From Octopus sinensis (taxonomy: Eukaryota), in the NCBI RefSeq assembly GCF_006345805.1, contig NC_043008.1, positions 79,360,001 to 79,424,000 of the forward strand: a stretch of 64,000 nt of DNA, written 5' to 3'. Below the pieces are notes generated by a model. The model ran no database searches, was not told the origin of the DNA, and saw nothing but the letters and a program-made list of their open reading frames with translations. Made by a program: the position numbers and the translations under genes. Below, piece by piece: positions 12,365 through 24,443 of this stretch (position 1 is its first letter; the number at the start of each line of letters is the position of its first letter).

Positions 12365-13885
12365 CACAAATATATAATGGAATAATTACTATGAAGCATT
12401 GTGTGGAATATATTGTATAAAGGATCATGGGTAAGGCCAGATCAATGTGAAGTAAATGCAAGGTAAATCACAAGAAAACAAATATATGAATTAATATTCA
12501 TATATTTCAGGGTTATGACCCCATTTTCAAAAAATTAATGAATATTGTCAATGTGCATATGTGTAAGCGTGTGTGGAGTGGACATGCATGGGAAGGTGTT
12601 ACTATAGCAACCAGCTAGCTTCCTGTAATTCTCTACTGTTGTTGACCTTAGGTTTCTTTTGGTGTATGAGGATGGCCTCAGAGATTCTAAGGTTGCCCCT
12701 TTTCTGCTGTGTTGCCTTGATGTGCACTGTGAATTCCAAGGTCTGGCATTTCCATAGATGTTTTTTCATAGAAGTGTCTGCCTGCATGTGTTCCTTAATG
12801 TGTATATGCAGTTTGCTTATTATGCTTCCTTTGTGGGATGCGCCACATTTGCCACATTTGTCAAGATCATCTGATCACATCACAGGAAAATCTGACATTG
12901 CTTGAGGCAGATTCTTGGCTTTATCACTTTGAGCCAGAGACAAATGAACAATACATGTAGTGGAAACATCCTTCCCTACCTGCTTCAAATAAAACCAAGA
13001 TCATTTCATATGCAGGGAAGAAAAAGACATAAACTCTAAACAATTTCTGTTCAAGAATACACTTAAATTCCTAGACACATGCATGTATATGTGTACATCT
13101 TTCATATAAACAGGTTTTCACACATTTATACATATATACAGACAAATAGTACCATTGTTCCCCATAGTGTATAAATTGCGTCACATAAAAGATCACACAT
13201 GCATACCATTCATATTAACAGATTTTCACACATATATGGAGAGTACTATGTTAATTTGCTGAGACAGTTATGAAAGGCCATCAGGACCAAACACCCAAGA
13301 AAGTGACAAAAGGGGTTTGCTTTATCTGAACAATACTCCAGTATAGAAGTGCTTGGCTTCAGTGGCTGCTGTGCATGATCACTCTCCTGTTCTCCTGATC
13401 TGGCTCCATATCTCGCAGCATGAAAATCGCTTGGCTAGGAACCACTATTGCAGTGATGATGATATCATATCTGCTGTTGATGACATTTTTGACCAACATG
13501 TTGATAGCTTCTTCACCAACGGGATCCAGAAAAGGAGCAACCTTAGAATCTCTGAGGCCATCCTCATATACCAAAAGAAACCTAAGGTCAACAACAGTAG
13601 AGAATTACAGGAAGCTAGCTGGTTGCTATAGCAACACCTTTCCATGCATGTCCACTCCACACACGCTTACACATATGCACATTGACAACATTCGTTAATT
13701 TTTTTGAAAATGGTGTCATAACCCTGAAATATTGAATACAAGGTAAGTCTATATTAATTCATATATTTGTTTTCTTGTGATTTACCTTGCATTTACTTCA
13801 CATTGATCTGGCCTTACCCATGATCCTGTATACAATATATTCCACACAATGCTTCATAGTAATTATTCCATTATATATTTGTATA
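12365..13885 (-). mobile_element. Truncated PLE with ~340-bp inverted repeats (12365-12705 and 13527-13885)
   Basis: GIY-YIG C-terminus (KKHLWKC...RISEAILIHQKKPKVN) on the minus strand; arms are reverse complements. Confidence 0.7.
13235..13527 (+). mobile_element. mariner catalytic-domain fragment inside the PLE
   Basis: GEYYVNLLRQL, KGVCF, NHYCSDDDIISAVDDIF. Confidence 0.75.
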
Positions 13886-13928
13886 TATATATTGGTCAAC
13901 CTATGAACTTTTCAGCCAAGCTATCATG

Positions 13929-13959
<31 letters not shown>

Positions 13960-14799
13960 TGTGTGTGTGCATGTGTGTGTGTGTGTTTGTGTGTGTGTGC
14001 GTGTGGTGGAAGTAGATTCATGACCAAGCAAGATCACTTCTTATAATCAAGAGTCCAAGAAGATCTTGTGAATTTGCATTGAGCAAGTAAAGTGTTGCAC
14101 AGCAGTGAATTTACTTTTCAGCACAAACAGCTATAACATCAGTGGCACAACAAAGCTTGAAATGATTGAAAACCAACTGCACTTCAGGTTTTTTTTTTAT
14201 ATGAGTTTATCTTCTCCTTGAAGGAAGTTCTAAGAACTAAGGGTCCTTCACTTCCAGTTGTCAACATAGCCACAACCCTGACAGGTCCTACTACTCTGGA
14301 TCACAGTAGACTTGGGAACAATAGTGGGTAAGATGTGGCTCCACATTTCTTGAAACCCTGAAATTCTCAAACTAAAGCCCCACAGTCAGCTGCAGTTTAA
14401 AGCCATACCCATTCTTTTTTGGAATAGTGAATCTCAAAGCAAATAAAGCTATAAATAATCCTTTGAATTTCTCAATCCATATCAGATACTTTATTCTTAC
14501 CAATGAGAATTATATGTTGTTAAAGTCATAAGAATGTAGAAACTGAGAATGGGAAATAATTCGTTTTAGGAATGGTGAATCCAAAAACAAATAAAGCTAT
14601 AAGTAAAAACATGTAAACATTGGGTTAAAAATACTTTGAAAAGAAAAAGTCAATGACTGGCCATGAGACTGAAACCCACTTCTGTAAACATGACAGACAC
14701 TGGATCAAAGCAATCATTTTTGTTAGTAAGAATAAAGTATATAGAATGGATAGCAAAATTTGAAGGATTGATTTGATCCAATGTTAGAACACCTGTCAT

Positions 14800-14947
14800 G
14801 TTTATATTATTTACATTATTTACATTCAATGGATATTTGTCCTCATCTTGTTTGTTGTTAACACAACGTTTTGGCTGATATACCCTCCAGCCTTCATCAA
14901 GTGTCTTGGGGAAATTTCAAACCTGGGTTTCGATGTTGTTGTTGTTG

Positions 14948-14999
<52 letters not shown>

Positions 15000-15006
15000 C
15001 ATTATT

Positions 15007-15040
<34 letters not shown>

Positions 15041-15087
15041 TACATCATCATCATCACCACCACCACCACCACCACCACCATCACCAC

Positions 15088-15120
<33 letters not shown>

Positions 15121-15630
15121 AATCATCATCATTGTTCAGGTCACTGCTTGGAATTAAACTCGGAGTCTTGGGGTTAGTAACCACTATGGTGGTTAAGAGC
15201 GCGGGCTACTAACCCCAAGATTCCAAGTTTGATTCTAAGTAGTGACCTGAACAATAATAATAATAATAATAATATCAATACCAGCAGATGACAATGTGTC
15301 TCTAAAAGAAATGGAGAAACTTTCAAAATACAAAGACCTGGAAATGGAGGTAACCAGAATGTGGAATCTAAAAACAGAAACAATTCCTATCATAGTAGGT
15401 GCATTAGGCACGATAAAAAAATATTCAGACAAATACATAACAAAAACACCAGGACTTACAAACACATATAACATACAGAAAATTGCACTACTAGGCACTG
15501 CACACATCCTATGCAGAACACTTTCCATACAATAACCATCAGAGCATCACAACAAATCACAGCACATACCCAAGGCACACAGAGCTGCGCTCGGTAGTGA
15601 AGTGAAAGCATGCTATAAAAAATAAAACTA

Positions 15631-15674
<44 letters not shown>

Positions 15675-15845
15675 CATCGAAAAATACCTTAGGAATGAGA
15701 ACTCAGGTTTGAAATTTCCCCAAGACATTTGATGAAGGCTGGAGGGTATATCAGCCAAAACATTGTGTTAACAACAAACAAGATGCCAAATATCCATCGA
15801 ATGTAAATAAAGTACATAATTCCTCATCTCTTAAATATAGGACCT
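14800..15845. mobile_element. Head-to-head pair of tRNA-head/HHR repeats
   Basis: Minus copy about 14800-15180 (HHR 14860-14905) and plus copy about 15185-15845 (HHR 15724-15769); both cores are CpG-decayed. Confidence 0.8.
15274..15633 (+). mobile_element. R4/Dong-like LINE 3' end (restriction-like endonuclease) inserted in (AAT)n
   Basis: EKLSKYKDLEMEVTRMWNLKTETIPIIVGALG...IQKIALLGTAHIL, with (AAT)n on both sides. Confidence 0.8.
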
Positions 15846-16251
15846 GTCATGTTTATAGGAAATGTGGGATTGAGCCCCATGGTTAGCTTTCAACTTTTCA
15901 TATTTAAATGATTTTTAATGCAATATTTATATGCTACTATAGCTTTCTTTGCTTCACGATTTACATTTCCCCCAAAAATTCTTTCATGTTCTCCAAGTTC
16001 CTAAGTTCTTGAGACATCAACCAATCTAGGCATGGGTAGGTGCAGGCATGGCTGTGTTTCCCATCCACATGGTTTTTGGGTTCAAGTGTCCTCTACTATG
16101 CTCCAGCCAAAGCTTTTTAAGTGGATTTGGGAAACAGAAACTGAATGAAGCCTGTCATATATATATATATATATATATATAGCTGGGGGATGCATGAGTA
16201 TGTGTATGTTTGTATGAAACAGGGACAGTACACCATAAGCATCTAAAACTG

Positions 16252-18700
16252 TGTTGTGGTGAGAGTATGACACCCTTTGACAAGAATGGACAGGACCACT
16301 ACATATAAATAGTAGCAGTCTAACATAGTTGGCAGTTTCTTAGTTTGGTCTTTGAAGTCCAGGTCCAGTTCAAGTTAGTGTGTCGGAAATATTGATTGTT
16401 GGTTTGTAAAAGATTGTTGGTTTTGCTACATGTTTGTTTCTGCCACTGTTTCTATTTTGTATTGTTATAACACTGCTAAAGAATATTCTTTATGTATTGT
16501 CGACAATATCAACCTTACTATAATATTGGAGGTGTAAGGATATAACATCTGGCGATGAGGATTTTTCGAAGCTCACGTATTTTATTTGACAAATTGTTAA
16601 ATTATGGAGAACCTATTAGCTGCAGTAATACAGCTTCAAGAGAAGCAATAGGAACAATTACAAGAGTTGCAGAAGCAAATATTACAACAGTTAATTGAGT
16701 TACAATCAAGGAAGTCTGTGAATTCGGTAAATTGATTAATGCCAGACAGTGTGGTGAACTCGATTTCTGAATTCACTCATAATCCAAAAGAGGGTATTAG
16801 GTTTCCTGCATACAATAGAAGGTACGAGGAAATTTTTAACCAAGATTGCATGTCATGGTCAGATGAGAAAAAAGTGAGGTTATTACTATGCAAGATAGCT
16901 CCAGCCAATCATAAATACTACTGTAACTTTATATTGTCCAAAAAGTCAAATGAGATGTGTTTTCAAGAAACTATTGAATTACTATCAAAGATCTTTTGTG
17001 ACAAAAGTTCATTATTCAATGCTCGAAGGGAGCATTGGAACTTCACAAAAAATTATGATGATGACTTTATTACATAAGCCGGAGTAGCCAACTGTGTGTG
17101 GGAAAACTTTAAACTTCAGGAACTCACTCAAGATATTTTTAAATCCCTTATCTTTATACAAGGCCTTACAGCAACCAAAGACAGAAAACCAAGACCTAAC
17201 CCTACAGACCATTGCAGAAAAATGTCAAACAATGATAAACCTGAAGCACGATGTGAAAAAATTCAAGTGAAAGGTTCTGCAAAAATACAGATGTGTTGAC
17301 CCAGAAAGTACAATAAAAAAAAAGTGCCAGGCCCCAATCCATGTTATGGATGTGGAGGCCTACACTTCAAAAAAGAGTGTCCATTTAAAAACCAAAGATG
17401 TTATAGTTGTCAAAAACTTGGTCACAAAAGCTCACGTTGCAGGACAAGATTATGAGGGTTGAATGAAAAAAGTTCTAAGGCAGAAAGTGAATGTGACACA
17501 AAAACAAGAAAATTCGTACATGTGAAAAAAATGTCGTACATATCAAGCTGCAGTTGAATACAGCTAGTGATATTTCAATCATAAATGCGGATACATGGAG
17601 GAAAATCAAGAAACAGTGAAAATTGTGTGGCATGATGGGCGATAAATTACATTTCATGGGCGAAATGTGTACAGACGTCACATTTTGAGGAGAAACATGC
17701 AAAGCACAAATATTCATTGTGGAGAATACAATCAATTTGTTTGGTACAGATTGGTTGGAGTTATTTGACTTATGGCACCTCTCCATAAATCTCTACTGCA
17801 AAAACATAAATGGTTGTCCTATTAAAAATAAATTGTCTGGGTAATTGAAGAGAAAATTGAAAAAGATGTTTCTTCAAGTACAATCAGAGGTTTTAGGTCT
17901 ATGTAAAAAGAGTGAGAGTAAGTAAAAATGCAGAAAAGTACCCTTCGCAGCAATTGAAATTGTAAATGACAGACTGGAAAAGAGTGGAATCATTTAAAAG
18001 GTGGATTTCTCTAAGTGGATTACTCTAAGTGTGTATGTCTGTCATCTTGTCTTGACGTCGCATGATAGTTGTAAATGAGTGTCACTGTCATACAAGTAGT
18101 GTCATTCATTTCCAATATTCTGAGAAAATATATCTGGCCATAAGGAAATATAAGAAAGGAAATACATAAGATGTAACGAAACATTTTGAAGTAGAGATAA
18201 AGTGCTTTTTAAAACCTACAGAAATGGTAAAGAAGACCGGGAGGATGGCCTTGTAACTAAAAATGACCACACCGGGAACATAAGAGACCCATAAATCAAC
18301 TAAAGAAGAGACATACCAAAGAACAGAGAGAAATTCCTATGGAAGTATTTTTTTATGTATTCGATGTCTCAGCACTGAAAGTAACGGAGCCCCATAGAAC
18401 CAGCATAAGAAAACGGAAGCTGACTGAATACATTGAAATAAAGCCCAAGCAAAACAGACATCAAAAAATAATAATAATAGATAAAATTTCTTCATTCCTT
18501 CGGAACTCAAAATTTCAAAAGGGGTGATGTTGTGGTGAGACTACATCACCCTCTGACAAGAATAGACAGAACCACTACATATAAATAGTAGAGGTCTGAC
18601 ATTGGTAGTAGCTTGGTCTTCAAAGTCCAGGTACAGTTTACAGTTCGAGTTAGTGTGTTGGAAATATTGACTGTTGGTTTGTAAAAGATTGTTAGTTCAT
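16252..18700 (+). mobile_element. Internally deleted Gypsy (Mag-like) LTR retrotransposon
   Basis: 5' LTR TG..CA at 16252-16547, PBS TGGCGATGAGGAT at 16550-16562, gag with two CCHC knuckles (~17340-17450), PPT at ~18518-18527, and a partial 3' LTR from 18528. Confidence 0.85.
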
Positions 18701-19499
18701 TACTGGAAAGTGTCCTCAGCATGAACCAACTAACTTTGGAAAGAAATGAGTGGAGAAAGAGTATAAAGGAATGTTGTAAAACTTTTGAAGAGCGTTGTCT
18801 TGAATATGAAAGCCTAGAGTGCTGGTTTAGGAGGAGCTGTCATTAGGACTTCAATGAGAACATAAAGTGTCAGAGATATGAAGAGTGTAGCTGTGTATTC
18901 CTTAACAAGGCTGGGTATGTCAACCATCTTAAATAGATGTGTGTAGTGTGTGAAAGGGCTTGCAAGTAAATTTCAGGTTTGAAGTGATATATGGTGATTC
19001 ACAAGGATCATATATCACAAAGTGATCCAATCAATCCAGTGGAAGTTTTAACTACTTCAAACCATGCAGATCTGCAGCAGGATTATTGATAGAATGTCAG
19101 AAATGCCATTGACAATGTGGCAGCTCAGAGGGGTGGCAATTTTCTATAAAGATGGTGCAATCATCATCAACTATATATATTGTTTCCATAATATTTCCAA
19201 TTAGAATTTCAGCTAAAAGTAATTTATTTTACAGTAAAGACACAACACAATGCTGGATATGTAAATAAAGGAATAGATGAATAAATAAATGTAAGTATGT
19301 GTGTATGCATAATTGATAACTTTAAGGCAGCTACATATTTATCAATACAGTTGGTCTAATAATCCAAAAGCTTAAGTCAAAATGTTTGTTCTATTTAGAT
19401 CATACTATCAAACAAAAAATGCTGTAAAGTATATACTTATGTATTTTCATGTCTTCATAATTTTGTGTGTGTGTGTACATACAATATATACATAAGTAT

Positions 19500-19750
19500 G
19501 TGTGTGTGTGTCTGTCATCTTGTCTTGACATCACATGATAGCTGTAAATGAATGTCACTGTCATACAAGTAGTGTCATTCATTTCCAATATTCTGAGAAA
19601 ATATATCTGGCCATGGGGAAATATTACCTTGCCTTGGGAACAGGTGTAAGTTGGCAACAGGAAGGTTGGCAACGTCCAACCATAAAAATCTGCCTCAATA
19701 AACTCATTCTCAACCATAGAAGCATGGAAAAGTGGGTGTTAAAATGATGA
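19500..19750 (+). mobile_element. SINE-like interspersed repeat (partial copy also at 18030-18150)
   Basis: Two similar copies in the window. Confidence 0.55.
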
Positions 19751-19793
19751 CAATGGTTTTATATATATATATATACATACATAAAAGATACAG

Positions 19794-20164
19794 AAATAAT
19801 TTATTCTCAAACACATGATAATGTTAATACAATAACATGAACAGGATAAACTATCTATACATTGCAGAAAAATTTGGTATCTTTCAATACATCTCAACAC
19901 CTTTAAAGCAAACTTTGTATACTTTCATTGTAAGTTGAATTTAGTGTTAGCATCTTATAAAGCTAGATTTATAAATCCTAAAATTGCAGAACAATTCGTT
20001 ACTGGCCAGTTTAGCTTAAAGGTAAAGCACTTGATGTGTAATCACAGGGATGTGAGTTCACATCTCATGGCTAGCTGGCAATGAATTTTTCTGCAATATA
20101 TAGATAGTTTGTCCTGTTCATGCAATTGTATTAACATTATCATGCATTTGAGAATAAATTATTT
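19794..20164. repeat. Foldback element with 81-bp inverted arms (19794-19874 and 20084-20164)
   Basis: Arms are reverse complements at high identity. Confidence 0.75.
20005..20079 (+). pseudogene. tRNA-Thr(TGT)-like pseudogene
   Basis: Acceptor GCCAGTT/AGCTGGC, D arm GCTT/AAGC, loop TG-TGT-AA and T arm GTGAG/CTCAT; anticodon stem is broken, G at position 33, and a 4-nt insertion. Confidence 0.5.
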
Positions 20165-20209
20165 CTCAATGCTTCTAAAGCAAACTTTGTTTACTTTCAT
20201 CGTAAGTTG

Positions 20210-20266
<57 letters not shown>

Positions 20267-20268
20267 AA

Positions 20269-20345
<77 letters not shown>

Positions 20346-20532
20346 AAAAGGAGAAGACAAAGGAAATTCTTTAACGACCTTAGCCATTTGCTCGATACCA
20401 AATATATATATATATGTGTGCACACATATATATATGCATGCATACGTGTATGCAAGTACATTAATACTTACAAACACATTAAATACATGTTAAAAAACAC
20501 TTTTTTTACTAATAACTACCATAACAACTTAC

Positions 20533-20691
20533 AGTTTGATTGACTCTGAGACTTTCATGACTTGAAGTGCAAGTTGATCCTTATGTTGTTTGACAATAGT
20601 ATGCATTGTCTCTATTGGAATTTCTCTTTCTTCTTCTTCTTCATCCTTCTTATCCTTCTTTTTGCCTTGTAGTTTATTCATCCTGTATGTA
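20533..20691 (-). CDS. Putative internal coding exon of an unidentified host gene
   Basis: 159 bp, phase 2/2, open frame TYRMNKLQGKKKDKKDEEEEEREIPIETMHTIVKQHKDQLALQVMKVSESIK, GTAAGT donor; acceptor modest (alternative AG gives a start at 20682). Confidence 0.55.
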
Positions 20692-22139
20692 CTGCTTCAA
20701 TAACAAACTGTTACAGCTATAAATTTGTTGCCAAATTATTTTCAGACTGTATATCTCTTTTTTTCAGTCTCTGTGGCAAGAAAGAATAGTATGATGAACC
20801 ACTAGAACAGTTATAAGATTATGGATTAAGAATGCTAGCTTTAGTGATTTATGGATTAGCCACTCTAGAAAAAAACTCATTACTGGATTATATCTAATCA
20901 GATGACAATAGTAGTATTAAAGTAACTATTATTTTTTAATGTCACTCTTTATTTACATTAGCATCTCTTAGTTGCTATTATAATCAATATATACTGTTCA
21001 TAATCCCAAGTTAATATCTTTTGACTCTGAAAATACAAAATACTTTTCTCTTAATCACTACAAATACACTTTATATTTACAGGGTAATTTTCAAATCTAT
21101 GAAGGGACCTCTACACAGCAGCCCAACTTGTTAGATATGTCAGCTATATGTCTCTAAAATGACAGTCTTGCATTAAAAAAAAACTAAAAGCAAGGACATA
21201 AATAATATGGTCCTAGATATATTCTTATCTAGAAAATAAAGTACAGAAATAACATTGCTGTGGAAATTCTTTGCTTATAACTGTGTCTCAAGTGGGTCTA
21301 ACATAGGGTTAAACAACAGCAACAATTGGGTAATTTTATTTTAATTGAAAATAAATAAAAAGAAGGATATAAAAATAGTAGAAATGAGTCTTTGTTAATA
21401 GCTTTTGCTTGGTTTGACAATGAATTGATGAGATTTTATAAATTTTATAAATTGATGAGATTTTATAAATCAAAAGTAGTTAATTACAATTTATTTCCAG
21501 AGCATTGCTATTTGTTAGAAATTGAAAAAAGAAAGAAAACTATTGCTTATCAAAAGACTGATTAAAAAGGTTCCCAAAATATTTGAACCATGTAGTAGAT
21601 GATGCAGTACTCCAAACAGTACTAATTGTTAGTGCTATCTCAGGATAGCCTGTCTCACAAACAAGATGACAAAAGCTTATGTCAAGAGTTGATATACCTG
21701 TCCAACCCAAGCCATTCTAACAAAACAGCATTAATGCTATTATGGTGAAGGGAGCAGGGAAGAAAAAAAAGGCAGGCTCTCTATTTTTATCATCTCTTAG
21801 TCCTGTTGAAAAACTATTGAATTTCTTTTGTTTCATATCAACAGCATAATGTTGTTTTTCCAGAGACATTTTAAATATTCTATTATGCTCAAGCAGATAG
21901 TTCAAATTCTGCTATGGTTAACATTGCCTTTCATCTTTTTAGGGGTCAATGAAATAAGTACCAGTTGAGTACTGGGATAAATGTAATCAACTGGCTCTTC
22001 CCCTAAAATTTTTGGCCTTATCTTTGTTTATCTTCACTAAGATTCTGTTCAAACCACATTTCTTTTTTTAGACACTACCTAACCCATAACCTTACACAAC
22101 ACAACTCTGTTTTCACTTCAGGACCACCATCTACTTTAC

Positions 22140-24385
22140 CTTCTACATTTGTGGCTGGTGCAAAGTCCCAAAAAGGCTTAGGGTGATGTGGTAGAAGAAC
22201 GATGTTGTAGACAAGGCCATTAGAGTGAAGAAACAAGGCCAGAAGGCCTGGAAGAATGGTGGTAGCAGAGAACTATATTAGGTAACTATGATGGAGGCTA
22301 GAAAACAAGTTTACTTAGCCAGGAGATAAGCAGAAAGGAGGAAGTTTGCCAGTGTTCTGTGGCATGAAGACCAGAAGCTTGAGGTTTTCTGAATTGCAAG
22401 AGAGAGTGTCAGAGAAAATTGTGACAGAGAGAAGTGTGGATAGTAGCTCACTTTCAGTTAGTAATTCTGCAAAGAAGGCATGGAAGTGCCATTATGAAAG
22501 GTTGCTAAATGTAGAGAATGCATGGGAGAAGAAGAGCCAGCCTAACCCTAACCCAACAGAGGGGCCAGCTATTTGAATCAACTGTAGCTTGGTACATGAA
22601 GCAATTAAGGATTTGAAGATGACTCATCAGGAATCACCATTGAGATACTTTAATTATCTGGCAGAAGTCACCAGTAAAGTTAATCAGGTTGTCAATATGG
22701 TCTAGTCTCTTGTATAGTTAATCAGGTTGTCCAACGATTGGTGTAGCAGCATTATAGTCAAATGCTACAAAAGCAAAGGTGATGCCTTAGACAGAAAAAA
22801 GTTACAGAGGCATCAAATTCCTGGACCAGGTGATGAAAGTTACAGAAAGGGTCATAGCTCAATCAATTAGGAAGAGAGATGCAGTCTGGATTTGTGCCAG
22901 GTAGAAGCACTCCCAATGCTATCTTCGTGGCGAGACAATTGCAGGAGAAATACTTGACCAAAAATAAATCTCTGCCTCTGGCTTTTGTTGCACCCTTAGA
23001 AGCTAAGGAAAGATGAGTGGTTGGTAAGAGCTGTACAAGCCATGTACAAGGATGCTGTCAGTGAGGTGAAAGAAGTTGCCAATGAGTATAGCAAGGAATT
23101 TAGTATACAAGCAGTAGTCCACCAGGGATTGGTTCTTTGCCCCCTCTTGTTTATCATATTCTTCCAAGTTATAACAGAGGAATTTAAGACTGGCTGTCCT
23201 TGGGAGCTCCTCTACACCAATTACCTTCTTTATATTGCTGAATCACTACCAGAACTAGAGAAGAAATTTCAGTTATGGAAGCAAGGTCTGGAATCAAAGG
23301 GCCCTAGAGTTAATTTAGCAAAGACCAAAGACCTAATAAGTAAGAAAACAGACAAATCACAGATCTCTTCAGGGTGGCCCTGCTCAATATGTAGAAAAGA
23401 TGTCAGGAGAAACTCCATACGCTGTACCCTGTGAAAGTTATGGACACATAACAAGTGCAATGGTATCACTGGAAGACTAATAGAGAAAATAGTCTTTACA
23501 TTTAGCAGATGTGCTGGTACACTAAACACCAGGAATGTACATAAAATAGACTCCTCAAATGTCAGGGGGTTTCTTTGAAGTAGTAAATAGTTTCCATTAT
23601 TTAGGTGACCAAGTTAGCAGTGGTGGAGGTTGTTCTAAAAGCATAGCTGCTAGAATAAGAATGGGCTGAGCAAAGTTCAGAGAGCTACTATCTCTGTTAT
23701 AACGAAAGGCTACTCCCTGAGAAGGAAAGGTAGATTGCATGATGCATGTATATGAATGACAATGGGCTGTGACTACTGAGAGCATGTGAAGGTTTGGAAG
23801 AAATGAAACCAGTATGTTCTACTGGATGGGTAATGTCAGTGTGCATATATGATGAGTAATATCAGTGTGCATATAAGTGGTTTGAGAGAAAAACTGGGTA
23901 TACATAACATCAGATGTAGTGTGCAAGAGAGAAGACTGCACTGGTATGGTCATGTAATAAATGAAGACAGCTGCATCAAGAAGTGACAATATCTAATTGT
24001 AAAGGGAACATGTGGAAGGGGTAGACCCAGGAAGACGTGGGACACAGTGGTAAGAAAGGATCTTCAGACATTGGGCCGCACAGAGGGGATGATTAGGGGC
24101 TGAGACTCCTGGCAGTTTGCCGTAGTTGTTCTTGCATACAGGTATGTCTCTAGCATCCCCCTTCAGTTGAGTGATCCTAATCATGCAGACTCATGAATGT
24201 TGGTACCATGTAAAAAGCACCCAATACACTCTGTAAAGTGGTTGGCATTAAGAAGGGTATCCAGTCATAGAAACCATGTTAAAACAGACATGCTGCCTGG
24301 GCAGCTCTTCAGTTGGTCAGCTCCTGTCAAACCGTCCAACCCATACCAGCATGGAAAACAGACATTAAATGATGATGATAATGAT
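22140..24385 (+). mobile_element. Degraded RTE LINE
   Basis: Homologous to 39000-41648 (WKCHYERLLN, HQG..LCPLLF, GWPCSICRK) with a (GAT)n tail. Confidence 0.85.
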
Positions 24386-24443
24386 TGAGACTTTTCTCAC
24401 TTACCACTTCCTGTTTACACCTATGCAACACCATTTGCTCCAT

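Noticed and set aside
12497-12535. TTGAAAA..GGG/CCC..GAAATAT possible U3-A8 HHR (also 13697-13737)
   Set aside because: Stems are 3 bp in AT-rich DNA and the two copies disagree at the cleavage site.
14501-14596. AG...GTAAG exon-like segment on the minus strand
   Set aside because: All three frames contain stops and the acceptor region is a local repeat.
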